A stretch of DNA of 64,000 nt from Eledone cirrhosa (GCA_964016885.1 OZ024742.1:52390001-52454000); one strand, 5' to 3'; counted from the first letter of the stretch, positions 12,320 to 26,602 are shown. A program made the numbers and translations. The notes: generated by a model not told the origin, from the sequence alone.

Positions 12320-12685
12320 ACTGGTCAACACATCACAGCAGATAGATATCTATGTGCTCTGATGCGTTGACCAGTTGTAAACAATGTATTGGAGGTCGAT
12401 TGATGCAGCCTCAAGCGGTTAGCGAACTCTAGACACATCTGATCAACGAAACAATTGTCAGCACTTTAAATAAAACCCTTACTGTACAGCCTACCATGTT
12501 ACTCTTCTGTCTTTCACTATTATTACTCCAAGTATAACCTGCACAGAAATTACCGCGAACTCGCTGCATAGCTATGAAAACATCTTGTTGAGTCAATCAA
12601 AGCCGTACATTAAAACTATCCACGACGCGGAATACTGTAACTGAATCACCTCTAACTGGATTACCTATAACGATAACTTATTATC

Positions 12686-12780
<95 letters not shown>

Positions 12781-14468
12781 TTTCTTTATTTACCATAAAG
12801 GCATAAAAAGAAGGGACAAATACAAAGGGGGAGTTTACATATAATCGAGTAAAAAGGGTGTAACATGAAAATAATCGAAAATAACCTCAAAAGGGAGGGG
12901 ACGTGATGGGGGTTGTACACACCCCCGAAAAAGTGTGCAATCCTTTGCCCGGGGAGCACATGGAGAAGGTGCTCCCCTCTCCTTTACTTCTTTACCTACA
13001 GGATGGTATACAGAGAAGGCCCATTTACACGAGCCATTCTCGCCACTATCACCCACCTTTCATAAAACTGCCTGTGGCCAAGCACCTCTCTCTCCATTCT
13101 TATCCTTCTTCCGAAGTGATATCGGAAGAAGTAGACTAGACTATGGCCAGAGAGGAAGTTGCCTGACCTCAGACCTTTCAATCGTGTCCACCAAACAACC
13201 TCTTTCAACATGGCTATTACGCACAGAAAAACCGCCTTTGCTTCCTTTGTGAAGAGGGGAGGCGGTTTGATTGTCATCACGGACTCGGCGGTCAATTTAA
13301 TCGGCGCCACCCGCGACAGCAGTCGTTCGGCGTAGCCCCACAGCTCAGCCACGCCCGGACATTGCACCAATGCGTGCGCAACGGTTTCTTCGTGACGCAC
13401 GCATCTAGGGCAAATCTTTTTTGAGGGATCCCTGCCCGGGCGCCCGTGTCTGTAGAGCCTCTCTCGAACGGGTAGAGCCCCTCGGTAGCACTGCCAGGCC
13501 AGTGACTTCTGGAAGTTGTCCATTGGTCCTGGGCCGAAAGTCCTACCGAACAGGCTGGCCAGTTCGTCTTCTTCCATGTCCAGCGACTCTCCAAGGGTGT
13601 CATCGCCCCTGCTAGCCACCAGCCCTCTATAGAATGATGAGGTGGATTCTCCACCGATGGCCTGGCCCGCTTGCCAGAGAGCCCTGAGCGCCTGAGCACA
13701 CTCAGTGTGCCAGTCTCCCAGTTTTCCGGATCTTTGCTTGACCCAGGACTGTAGCTCGGTGGGCGAGACCAGTCTCGGAAAGGCTCGTTTCACGAACGGA
13801 GCCCACACCGGTTGACCAGTGAGGAATACCTGTAGGTGCCGTAGCCTTAATGCGTGCCTACGCATCATCAACCACGGCATCCCCAGCCCTCCTTTCGAAG
13901 GTTGTTGGCAGCAGATGGATCTTCTCACCATAGGAGGGCGCTTCTTCCAAAGAAATTGGAAGAGCATGCGTTCCATGGTGGTGAGTGTTTCCTTAGGGCA
14001 AGGCACGACAGTCAGGCGTAGTAAGTGACGGACGCTATGTAAATGTTCGCCACCTCCGCCCGGCCTTTTAGGGACAGCTTACACTTGGCCCATTTCTGGG
14101 TTAGTGCAAACACCTTGTTCGTAACCTCGTTCCAGTTCTTTTCCACCTGGAGGTCCGGTCCAAACCAGACCCCAAGCAACTTTACCGGGCCCTCCGTCCA
14201 GTGTCCGACGACACCGTCAGGAGGCATCGGTCTGCCTCTCCACGTTCCGAGTTGCAGCCCGATGGATTTTTCTCGGTTCAATTTCGCTCCTGACAACCTT
14301 TCGTACTCCTCCAGTAAGGTACCGATCGCCTCGATCTCCGAGTCGGTCGATACCATTACTGTTACGTCATCGGCGTAGGCCGTCACCGCTTTGCTCAATC
14401 CTGGTTCCAGGGGGATACCCTGCAACAACTCCAACTTCCTCAGTAAAGGCTCGAGAGTCAATACGTAC
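12781..14468 (-). mobile_element. 5'-truncated Tx1/L1-clade LINE (RT C-terminal half plus zinc knuckle)
   Basis: LYVLTLEPLLRKL, AYADDVTV, SGAKLNREKS, LLGVWFG, LSLKGRAEV, GGLGMP, CPRCVRHEETVAHALVQC; 3' end abuts (GA)n. Confidence 0.9.
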
Positions 14469-14479
14469 AGATTTTTGAT

Positions 14480-15446
14480 CCATTGGTAGAGGTTCATATC
14501 CCGAACGAGGGAAAAAAACGTCCTGTTTTCCGCAGATTCTCTACAGACGCAGAGACAGAAACGACTCGAAGCCGTCGGTTACCGGAGAAGAAACCACTGG
14601 GATTTTCACCAGAGCCTCTTTTGCCGGGTTGTGGCCCTAATACCGCTGGGTCCCAGATCAATCCGCCTTGGGTGGCCCTACGAGGAACAGAAGTTCCCGA
14701 CGGCATAGTTCTGACACTAACCGTTGCCAACACCCTGCCACGTTGAGGAGGGGTTGGAGTCCTTCGTTCACCTGGGCTCGACAGTGGTTCCAACGAGACA
14801 GGGCTCAGCCGAGGTCAAGCGTCGCATAGGTGCTGCCAGATCCGCTTTTGGGCGCCTGCGGCGGTGTCTGTGGGATAGAAGAGAGATCACCTCGGAGACC
14901 AAAGGGCGAATCTACCAGGCCGTCGTTCGCACTATCCTTCTCTATGGCTGTGAAACATGGCCTATGAGGGTAGTCGATCAACGGGGGATGGAGGTCTTCG
15001 ATAATGACTGTCTCCCCCGCAATCTTCGCTGCCGGCGCGTTGATCGGGTACCTACCACCAGTCTTCGCCTTTGCTTGATTCTTCGACCCCTTCCTTCAGT
15101 GCTTCTGCAACGGCGCTTGAGATGGTTTGCTCACGCAGCTCGGCGCCCGGAGGGTGAGCTGATCCGCGATGTCCGCCTCCCACCTCCACTCCCTAACTGG
15201 CGCAAGCGCGTTGGCGGGCAGCTGAAGACCTGGGCAAGGACGATCAAGGAGGACGTCTCCGAACTCTCAGGTCCGCAGTTGGTCGGCATGCGCCGATGGA
15301 ACCGTCACTGGCTCGCTATCTCCAGTGACATAGCCCGGGACCGTCGTGCGTGGGCTGCCATGGTTCGGGATGCCGTCAGGACAAGGGAAGAAGCCGACTC
15401 AACCCGTCCAGGGTGAATATCAACACAAGTACAAGTACAAGTAAGT
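14480..15446 (+). mobile_element. Internally deleted RTE-clade LINE (5' non-coding part fused to RT C-terminus)
   Basis: LESFVHLGS...EVKRRIGAARSAFGRL...TKGRIYQAVVRTILLYGCETW...RRLRWFAHAARRPEG; 3' tail of (CAAGTA)n repeats. Confidence 0.85.
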
Positions 15447-16105
15447 ACGTTAAAACTATCCACGACGCGGAATACTCTAACTGTATTACCTCTAACGATA
15501 ACTTATTATCCCATAATTATATATATATATATACAAAGGTGCTGTCTGATAAATATTATCTAGAAAACGTAAAAGAAAAACAAACAAAAGGACAATTCCC
15601 GCTCTTCAGCTGTCAGATCGTGGTATTGTCTTTATGTTTGTGTTTCTTTTACGTTTATATCTATCTATATATGTGTGTGTGTGTATGTGTGTGTGTGTGT
15701 GTGTGTGTCTGTCTGTGTGTGTGAGTGTGTGTGTGTTTGTATGTGTGTGTGCGTGCGTGTGTGTGCAATGTCAACGGGCAAAAGCACAACAGACTAACAA
15801 TACAATACAAAGGTAATATATATTAGTTCAACGCTTGATACAGTAGGAACTTGTGAAGCAGTTTTAACGTTTCGGACCTTAGTCCTTTATACAGAATAAA
15901 ACGTCGAAGAAGAAATAGAAATTTAGACGAGTGTAAGAAGAGGAAGATACGGATTTTTACAGGCGGAAGTAACGTGTGTGTTTAGTTAGATGTACATATA
16001 TACGTACGTGCATGTATACAGATATAGATATGTATAATTACAGAATATAAAAATATAAAGATATACACACACACGCACATATAAATATATTTTATATATA
16101 AATAA

Positions 16106-16169
<64 letters not shown>

Positions 16170-16172
<3 letters not shown>

Positions 16173-16510
16173 TATGTACACGTACATACATATATGTATA
16201 CAGACGTACAGTTGTATGTATATTTATATATACATGCACACATATGTATATGTACGTATGGATTCACCGAAAATTTATTATAATGCTCGGTGTGTTTGTA
16301 AACAAACATCCCGTATCAAGCCGTAGTGTCTAGCAACCACTGTTGCTCGTTTGTTCAACACTGATAAAGGAACGCTGTTCTAGTTTCAAGCTTATTAGCT
16401 ATCGTCTGCAACGTATACCTTCCTGCCAGATGATTGAACGTCCGAAAGTATATACTTTCCTTATGCATATTAAAGGCTGAGTAGCCCAATTTGCATATCG
16501 AGTGGGTTTA
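16170..16510 (-). repeat. Family A copy with mutated hammerhead (16372-16414)
   Basis: Near-identical to 6260-6600; core reads CAGACGA and GAAACTAGAA on the minus strand. Confidence 0.85.
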
Positions 16511-16539
16511 TGTATATATATATATTATATATCATTATT

Positions 16540-16850
16540 CAGTATCGCTAGAGGGTTGGGCGCCATGTTTTCTAGCATAGTTACGTCCCGAGTTCAAATC
16601 CCGCCAAGGTTAACTTTGCCTTTCATCCTTACGGGGTCGATAAAATAAAGTACCAGTAATATACTGGGTAATTGCTAGCCTTTTGCCTAAAGTAGAAACA
16701 ATTATTATATATCAATCCCGCCGAGGTTAACTTTGCCTTTCATCCTTACGGGGTCGATAAAATAAAGTACCAGTCACGCACTGGATTCGATTTAATCGAC
16801 TTTCCCCCTCCCCCCAAAATTGGTGGCCTTGTGCCTATATAAAAATCCAT
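16540..16850 (+). mobile_element. Two tandem partial tRNA-derived SINEs (octopod type)
   Basis: B-box-like GAGTTCAAATCCCGCC followed by ggttaactttgcctttcatccttacggggtcgataaaataaagtaccagt; (ATT)n tails. Confidence 0.8.
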
Positions 16851-16933
16851 TATTATTATTATTATTATTTATAGAGAGAGAGAAAGAGTTACATGTATAT
16901 GAATGTATGTATGTATCTATGTATGTATGTATG

Positions 16934-17316
16934 TAAGGCAGAATTCTAGGAGAAGGAAAACTCTGATATAACACCTGCAACCCTGATGGTATCCAATGAT
17001 GTTGACTTGTTCTTCTTTTTGGTAAATATCATCTTGGTTAAGAGAGTGGGACTGGCTTTGTGCAATGCCTTTGCTCACTATAAAAGATTCACGGCACCGG
17101 CATTGCTTTATATCTGGAGATCTCTGATCTTGTCGTCACATGGTACCATGACCCCAGCACTATGTGTCAATAATTGTCACAAGTGTAGTGTTTGTACCAG
17201 AGTTTTCAAGTCGCTGGCTGGACTAAACAATCACACTCGTTCAGCGCATCGGTAGGGGTTCTCCTACATGGATATAAAGTAGTGGCCGTACTCGAAAACG
17301 AGTTGGCAGCCACCAT
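16934..17316 (+). mobile_element. Non-autonomous RTE derivative (5'UTR motif plus 3' C2H2 end)
   Basis: ctaggagaaggaaaactctga; ends with CSVCTRVFKSLAGLNNHTRSAHR* and an (ATGT)n tail; second copy at 56053-56436 (-). Confidence 0.7.
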
Positions 17317-17871
17317 GTATGTATGTGTGTGTATGTATGTATGAATGCATATATGTATGTTAGCACATATTCACGTATCTATGTATATATGTATCTATGT
17401 ATGTATGCTAAATGTTAATTCAATGATACTACTGAATTACCAAATATTCTTTTGCATTGGCCAATATTCCTAGTCTGATAGGTCCAATTGAATTTGTTTC
17501 TTATATGTTTTCCGAAATTACTGGCATTATAAGGCCTGGGGAGAATCTATAGAAATCTGCAACTATAAAAGTTATTGCATAGTCTACTCATAGCGAGTAA
17601 ATATAAGTAAAGGGAGGGTGAAGGAAATAAAAGAGAAGAAACACCAGTTGCAAAAGAACAATCTCATTCGTCTTGGGATATTTCAGGTGAAATTGCTTTT
17701 CACTCTATACTGACATATGAAATTTCTCTATGAAAGGAAACTAATATTTAGAATCTAATTCTTACTGAGTGTCTCTACTTGTTGTTTTGATTGCCCTTAT
17801 TGATGTTGTTCTTCTTCCTACAGCTGTATTGTTGTTGTTGTTATCATCATCATCATCATCAGTAGTAGTAG

Positions 17872-17902
<31 letters not shown>

Positions 17903-18027
17903 AGTTCCGTTTCTATTCATAGTCTACTGTTCCCCATTGCTTGGCATTTTATCTAGCTTTATTTGATGCATTATTTATTTTTTAAATGTTTGGACTTTTT
18001 TATGTTTCAGTGTAATCTGGGTTGTAA

Positions 18028-18064
<37 letters not shown>

Positions 18065-18270
18065 GTATATATATATATTTATATATATATACACAACGCT
18101 GAATTTGTCTATCTTCTATTCAGGCTATAAAATGTAGGGTATGGAAACCGCATATTTGACTACGCATATTACTGAGCTAAGTTATTTTAATCGTTCTATA
18201 TTGTTAAAAGTCTGACCTAAAATACAGCTGGGATTCAAAGGAGATTTAATTTGCTAAAGATAATGGTAAG

Positions 18271-18379
<109 letters not shown>

Positions 18380-18399
18380 CGTGTGTGTATGTATATATA

Positions 18400-18980
18400 A
18401 GTTTGATTAAGACAACAATCGATCGGACAGGTCATGTAACATTAAAGATTTATTGTTGCAAAAACACTATATGTATTTCCATGACCAGGTTATGTAAGAT
18501 CCTGGCCACATCATCAGGCCGGGATTGTATAAAGACTTAAACAATAAAGGAATTACGGCTTACACAGAGAAAGTATAGGAAAAATATCGAAAAATATTCG
18601 ATTCAGATATGGCCTGTGACCTATCTATTATTCTTGTCACAGACCATCCTTATTTGCGTGGGATGTGGCATGATTTATTTTTGTCAGGATGTCTGGAGGT
18701 TGCTTCGTAGTTCAGGTACCGGCTTTTGAGCCGGCTCTCGGACATTCAGGTATATGTACAGGTTTCAGTTTGGTGATTCTGGTTGGTGGAGGTCACCTTT
18801 GTTTGATATATCACAGCTGGAGTGTTGCACTGTTGATCTAGTGGGAATTTTTCTGGCCTTCTGCATGAGAATCCGTAATGTGGAGGGCTTTTCCATTTGC
18901 CAGTGATGTGGGTTTTAATGTTACTGATACAAGAGTAGAATATTTTCATTGTACCAGTACCATTAAAACCTACATCACCA
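18400..18980 (-). mobile_element. Degenerate Hydra-type PLE remnant with 3' hammerhead-like motif
   Basis: KIFYSCISNIKTHIT...CRRPEKFPLDQQCNTPAVIYQTKV; downstream CTGATGA-tgtggccagg...cctggtcatg-GAAA at ~18462-18522 (-), stem I not evident. Confidence 0.65.
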
Positions 18981-18987
18981 ATAATAA

Positions 18988-19205
18988 TGGTTTCTTATAT
19001 AGGCACAAGGCCAGCAGTTTTGGGGGATGGGAAAGTCGATTAAATCGACCCCAGTGCGTGACTGGTACTTTATTTTATCGACCCTTTAAGGATGAAAGTC
19101 AAAGTTAACCTCGGTGGGATTTGAACTCAGATCATAAAGGGCCGTAACTCTATGCTGCAAAGTATGGCGTCCGACCCTCTAACGATACTGCCAATCCACC
19201 GCCCT
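18988..19205 (-). mobile_element. tRNA-derived SINE (near full length)
   Basis: Minus strand gggcggtggattggcagtatcgttagagggtcggacg...gagttcaaatcccaccgaggttaactttgactttcatcc; same family as 16540. Confidence 0.8.
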
Positions 19206-20209
19206 TATATAGTCTAATAATAATAACAGAGCATATAAGCCCCCCCCCCCCATAACGGAAATACATAGGTATGCATAGATAGATAAATAGATAGATAGAT
19301 AGATAGATAACAAGAATTAAAACAATTAATGACTATTGAGAATATACGAAACACTGGGTTCTTTGTAAGTTGTTTTTGTTCTCTACCTATTTGTGAATGT
19401 CAGTATACGCCATTTACAAACAGAGGGAAATATAAATATTTGATAGAAAACTGAACTTACTAAACCTTTGCAACTAGCTTTGCTGTGGCCATCTTTGTCC
19501 TATACACACATTGACCCTGGCTACATTAAATAGAAGTATTGGAACGGTGCCTACAAAATGGTTAGTATAATATAAATAATTCGCACGAACATATACGAGA
19601 TCCGTTCCATATAGTAAGTTAATATATTCTTAAAGCTTTCCTTATGTTTATACTGGCAAGAGGAAACACAATACTTCATTCTTTACTTGACTTTAAATTC
19701 TCTTTAGAATTTTATATTTCGATGGCTGCAATACTTAAGGCTTCAATTGGAACATTAATGCCCATTAATAATGTCTGTGGCATCAAGAAATGTATGTTAA
19801 TATCTTTTATGATGCCATAAGTGAAGAGCTATAGCTCATAAATCTGTGAATATCTGGCCAAATATTATTAGCAAGTCCCTATGCATTACATGAGATCTGC
19901 CAGCAGTAATAAAGTTTACAACTGGCTTTATCTGCCAGCTTTTGCTACAATGGCATAGCCGTTCACTATACTGTGTATTGAATCTCTAGAGACATTTGAA
20001 TTCGAAATATGACACTATTCAGCATATCTTTTCAATTCTCTTAAATATAATACAGGCGGCAATTAAATAATTGTTAGCTTAAATTATTATTAACATTAAC
20101 AAGAGGCAACTTTTATGTTATAAAAGAGACCATTATAATTATTATTGTAAGCATGCGCCCTTGTGTCTAATAAAGAAAGTATTATTGTTATTACTATTAT
20201 AATCATCTT

Positions 20210-20345
20210 AGTTACGTCCCTTTACGATCTGAGTTCAAATCCCGCTGAGGTTGACTTTGCCTTGCATCCTTACGGGGTCGATAAAATAAAGTACCAGTAA
20301 TGCACTGGGTAATTGCTGGCCTTGTGCCTAAAGTAGAAACAATTA
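20210..20345 (+). mobile_element. tRNA-derived SINE fragment (more degenerate copies near 20735-20900, 51770-51910 (-), 52165-52300 and 63690-63812 (-))
   Basis: gagttcaaatcccgctgaggttgactttgccttgcatccttacggggtcgataaaataaagtaccag. Confidence 0.75.
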
Positions 20346-21811
20346 CTATTATTATTATTACATCCTCTGTTTTTTTGTTTTTTTACACGCAGAAATGCCG
20401 TTTTGTACCGTCCTGTATTGTCCTGTACTGTCCTTAATTTCTACTTTGTGTAAACCCTTGTGGTTAATAAAGAAAGCATTATTATTATTATTATTATTAT
20501 CCTTATTATTATTATTATTATCGCTTTTCTTATCCTTGTCGTTTTTATTGTCGTATTGCCATAATTTTATTGATGTTGCTTGATTTTGAAATACAAATGG
20601 TTTCGCTTGATTTTGTCTTCAGTATTTGGAAGGTTAATATGGAAGGAGAATAACTAAATACATTAGTTGTAGGCCATTAGTGACACTTGTTTTATTGCTC
20701 TATAATATCTATCTAATTTGCTATCATGAAACAGTTGGAAAGGCAGCGAATTGACAAAGCCATTAGAACGTCGGTTTGAAAGCTTGGCGGTATTCGTTGT
20801 AAATCCCTGCACTCAAAGTTCACATCCGGCTAAGATTGATTTTTGCTTACATCTTTTCGTGATCGAGATCGATAAAAGAATATAACAATCCAGTAGTGGG
20901 ATTGCTGCTTTCTTATAACTCTCTCTTTTTTGACTCCATCTCTCCCAATCTTTTCGCTAGAAGAAATAGGCTTTGATCAGATCTATCCAGGGGATGATCT
21001 CTGCTAGGCTTAACATCCTTAAGATACGCTGTATTTCACTATTGTGCGCCAATGTCTCTATCAAGTGTTACATATCAAGTCCATACGTCTATACATAAAA
21101 GTTCGAATTTTAGCGGTTTCAACGGATTTGCTAGTAAAATATTGACATTGTTTAAAACAGTTACTTGCCTAGAAACGACTAGAGAACTGACCAGCCTGAT
21201 AGATACTACGGAGTTATTTGTTCAGCTTTAAAAAGATAGCTTAAACATTGACATAAATTGCCAAAAAATACATTCATTCTCTGCTATACTCGAAATATCC
21301 AAAATAAGATGGTGGACTTGGCTGAAAAGCCATTACAACTGAAAGGTCCTTCAAATATATCGTATCTGAATCCAAATCCATCGGTTGCATGGGGTCTTTC
21401 AATGTTATTATATTTGTACATTAATCGTTACCTATTAAGGACGGTCGGGTATGAATGCCTTTATTTTGCCTTTCCATAATTCAGTGTTTAGGTGGTCACA
21501 TCACGCCAGTCACCGTATTGGTATTCATCATAGACAAACGAGGTCTAGGTTTTTATTTATAGACGGCCTTTATTCGCTTTGGCGAAGCTAGATCACTGGG
21601 TTGTGAGAGTTTTCTTGTGAGCTAATAGTACCACCATTGCCCCATATCTCCTAGCAGTTCACCGCTGTTGCTCCCGAGTTGCTTCTTCATCCGTAAGGAG
21701 CCCGCATATATCGCAAATAACCATCATATCTGGTGGCCTTACGTATCACTATCCGCCATCTCCAACCTGTTCTCTTGCAGAACAGCTCTGCCGAGAATAT
21801 GATAGTTGATT

Positions 21812-21938
<127 letters not shown>

Positions 21939-21989
21939 ATATATATATAGAGGAGGGATAAAAGGCAAGAAAAAAGAGAGGACATTAAC

Positions 21990-22190
21990 AGAAATAGGCT
22001 AAAAGCAAAATTCTTCTTCTTAGTTGAAGAAAAGTTGTATTAAAAAGGCAACACATTTATTGAAGTTCTAGAGTGTAGTGTTGAAATTTCTGATTCCTGA
22101 ATACTTCATAAATTGGTTATAATGACTTTAGAGTGGCCTTGTCATGACAATAATAACCCACGTATGATCTATTTATGTCCTAAGGCAACA
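21990..22190. repeat. Unclassified dispersed repeat (second copy ~39210-39415)
   Basis: ctgaatacttcataaattg..tataatgactttagagtggccttgtcatgacaataataacccacgtatgatct..tcctaaggcaaca occurs in both copies. Confidence 0.8.
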
Positions 22191-22240
22191 TACTGCATAT
22201 GTACACACACAAACACACACGCACACACACTCACAAACAT

Positions 22241-22283
<43 letters not shown>

Positions 22284-22300
22284 AGAAATGAATGGATAAA

Positions 22301-22355
<55 letters not shown>

Positions 22356-22493
22356 AGAGTTAAACAAGATTCAATGAATACATCATAGAATGAGTTTTAC
22401 AATAGATTGGAAGCACTCTACAATAAAAAAAATATTTTCCAGAGTTATTATTATTAATACCAAATATTAACAAAATAGATATTGTTGTGATCA

Positions 22494-22568
22494 ATTATAT
22501 TTTATTATACATATTTCAGAGGTACTGAATTAAGTTCAACGGTAAGTCCTCATCAGATAAAATAAAAT
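22494..22568 (-). ncRNA. Type I hammerhead motif at the end of an AT-rich element (22450-24078)
   Basis: Minus strand: attttattttat-CTGATGA-ggact...agtacctct-GAAA-tatgta-TA-ataaaatataat; 11 of 12 bp in stem I; stem II imperfect. Confidence 0.6.
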
Positions 22569-24075
22569 GATACATGACATACCCTGACATGGTAGATGGT
22601 TAAGATTTAATCAAGGTAGTGATTAACCTATGACAAAACTCAATATTTATACCCTAATATTGAGAACATGAGAAAACGTAATACAATCAATAGAGAGAGT
22701 GTGAGTAATATATTTTAAGAAATACATGGCATCAATATAACAGTTATAGAATTTTTTTAAATTTCAAAACTACTCGAGAAATAGGAGGGAGAAGAAAGCA
22801 TAGAGGAAGAAGTAGCTGATGTTATAACTTATTTAGTATTTAGCTTGAGAAGACAGATGAAAGATGATTAAAGAGAGAGAGAGACAAAGGGGAGTAATTT
22901 ATGCTCAGGTTTCTACACACACATATTCATATATAGTTGGCGGTTAATTTTCAAAACATTTAATTTATGTTATTCCAGGGTAAAGAATCAAATTTTAGGT
23001 TTTAAAAGTTAATAGGTATTTGTATTAATATTATAATATAATTATGTTAAATTTCTAAAATTCAAATTTTATGAAGACAAATTTAAAGGATTTACGAAAC
23101 CCGCGAAAGTAAGAAGGTAATCTTTACCAAAATTACTTATAATATTGACAATAGTTTCTATAATATAATTTATTGGATATTTATAGTTATAACTATTAAA
23201 GAATTTATTGTTAAATAGTTTGAGTGCCTAAAGTATCAACAGGTCTTATAATTAAACTTAAAGAAGTCAGAATGTTCAGCTATATATATATGTATTGATC
23301 ATAATATACCAAGATTATAGTTTATTATTTGTTCATATATTGTATTAAGTAAATGATTATATAAGTTCGACCTTCCAGGGTAAACCAAACACTTATAATA
23401 ATGTCATTTGAGTGTTTAAATTATTTATACATGTAACTACGATTATGTTATTACACTAGATAAAGATATTTGTACAAACTATATATAGATATAATAGGTA
23501 TTAATGAAACGGTATACATTTAATAAAGAATAATAATTATAGTCATTGTTAGTAGTTTTACCTCCAGTTCAGTGGAGAAATAGACCAATATTTGTCAGCT
23601 ATTATGGTTTATTAAATATACATAAAAAAGCAAAGTGCAAATCCAACTTTCTGAGACCCCAAAAACCATCTCAAAAAGAGTAAAATATATATATATATAA
23701 ATGTGAAAACGCATGAATGATCCACAGCTCAAATTATAATCAGTAAATTTACAAGATAGATATCTAAACTATATATTTAAAATAGAGACAGAAAAATAAA
23801 GATCTGAATCAAAGTTAAAAATATCTAAAAAATCATAGGGTATGCATATCTATCAAGTAAACAAGTTATCAAACAAGTGTCATTTATTCAAACATTAATT
23901 CCATTATAAATGATTAGAAGATAAAGCATTACTAAAGTTTTATAAACCGTTATGATTTATATGTTCAACAGTTGATGATAGACGTCGAAAATCAGGGTTG
24001 ATTACTTACTGTTTTTCCCTGACATTTTGCGAGGCTGAACTGGAGGTAAAACTACTATTTTGTTAATATTTGGAA

Positions 24076-24456
<381 letters not shown>

Positions 24457-25490
24457 ATTAATGTTACGGTTATATTATCTATATAGTGAACGATAGTACC
24501 GTACAGTAGAGCGGAGGGTAAATTATGGTATGAAAGGTAGTATTTAGTGGGGTACATAGTTAGAATTTCCATCACATGGAACAGAATAAAAAAAAAACGA
24601 TATAACGTACACAGAAGAAAAAAAAACAATTAATGAATAAATGCAAAAACACATAGAGTACATATATGCAAAATGAGAAAGATGATCAATATGATTGTCA
24701 ATTTGTCCATGTATAGATTGAATTGAGGGGGATTCTGTTCAAATGCGATTTGGTGCAGGAAAATAGGGGTTTATCTTTGTTTTTGTTTGCGCGTATTTAT
24801 CCTGCCGAAAGGTATTATTATATCCGTCCAGTATCAGGGATTTCCATCCCCATGGTAGGGGGGATTTCCGGGTGTAGCTCGTGGCTGGTTCCTCTGTTCT
24901 CCACCATATCGGTTACATCATAGAGCGCTCAACTAATTGGGGCTAAATTCTATATTCTAATATATATATATATATATATCGTTTCTGAATTTGTTTAGCA
25001 AGATTCTTTATCTGAAAACGTGTGTTGAAACCGATATTGTTATACTTTGGGAGGGTCATGTCTGTGGAACTAAAGACTCGTTGATAAAGCTTTTCTTGTT
25101 CCTCTCTTCTCTATAAGCCTTATATATCTTTTATTGGGCTGATAGTGTTCAGATTAAGGAATTGCAGAAACCCAAGAAGTTAGATTTAACATCATTCTAG
25201 CGGATCCGGGTAAGTTTTACATTCATTTAATTTATTAATTTATTGATATTTTATTTGAGTGACCCGAATCTTCCTGGTCGTTTATTTTCGGCTGCATGGG
25301 TGATTTTAGGCATGACCTCTATGTGTTGGTATTTTAACGATGGTTATAGCTCTGATTTTTCCAAATTATTGAGCCCTCTGCCACATATATCGGATATTGT
25401 TTATCGTGATTTCGTGGCGGCTGAAATTCCGATTCTCGATTATTCTACTATATAGTTGAAAATTGCAAACTCGACTGTCACCACATATCA

Positions 25491-25529
25491 TGAACCTGAA
25501 GATTGCGAAAGCATGAAAGTACTTGTTCA
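25491..25529 (+). ncRNA. Minimal type I hammerhead ribozyme (39 nt)
   Basis: tgaac-CTGAAGA-t tgc GAAA gca t-GAAA-gtac-TT-gttca; perfect stem I, GNRA loop II, palindromic loop III. Confidence 0.85.
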
Positions 25530-25700
25530 ATTAACACTTAGAATTTAATATTCTATCATACTATTTCATTATAATACCATATTATATTATATATATTTTA
25601 AAGGATTGTAAATAAAACGAGTAAATCAGACAAAGTTGGAATTCCTCTTATTAATATAATCTTCTATACACAATCATACACACCCGTGTATATTTACCTA

Positions 25701-25750
<50 letters not shown>

Positions 25751-25819
25751 CACAAACATACATATATATATATATTTATTATATTATTATCATTATTATT
25801 ATTTTATATATAGAGAGAA

Positions 25820-25887
<68 letters not shown>

Positions 25888-25903
25888 TTATACACAAATA
25901 TAC

Positions 25904-26015
<112 letters not shown>

Positions 26016-26225
26016 AAGAGAGAGAGGGGGCGGGAAAGGGAGAGGGTGAGACAGAGAGGTGGTGTGGATTGAACTTAAGTGAAAAGAAATTCATCAACGT
26101 TGTTAGAGTCGTATATTAAAATATAGTTCCGCCTATACGAATCAGCTTTTGCGTATAAATGTATATGAATGAATAATTATACACACACAACTCAGTTATT
26201 CATAATCGCTGTTATATATATATAT

Positions 26226-26360
26226 AGGAAAAGGTATGACCCCGACGGCTTGAGCTCTGCCGTCGGGGTCATACTTTTTCCTATTTCCCACTCTCCTACT
26301 CTAAGTATTGAGTACTCTGGTGCGTTATGGTCCATCTGGTTCCTTACCACAGTTCCTTTG

Positions 26361-26361
<1 letters not shown>
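26226..26361 (+). repeat. Family C fold-back element
   Basis: ggaaaaggtatgaccccgacggc-ttgagctct-gccgtcggggtcatactttttcc hairpin plus the family C tail. Confidence 0.85.
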
Positions 26362-26420
<59 letters not shown>

Positions 26421-26567
26421 CTGTGTCTGTGTGTCGGTGATAACCGTTATACAAAAGTTGTGACTTCATCTGACAACTAGAAGTTGAACAAAAAAAACCC
26501 AGAAAATAAGGAAGAAGAAATAAATATGCCTCGGACAGATATTTGGTGTTGCTTTCTCAAAGCACCG

Positions 26568-26602
<35 letters not shown>

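Noticed and set aside
14480-14760. HDV-like ribozyme in the RTE 5' region
   Set aside because: Expected for some RTEs, but I could not assemble the nested double pseudoknot by eye.
15862-15897. Minus-strand ggac-taag-gtcc-GAAAcgTTA
   Set aside because: The 5' core is corrupted (CTGTATAAA); counted only as degenerate.
16585-16610. tRNA gene (GTTCAAATCCC)
   Set aside because: It is the B-box of a SINE head; no complete cloverleaf.
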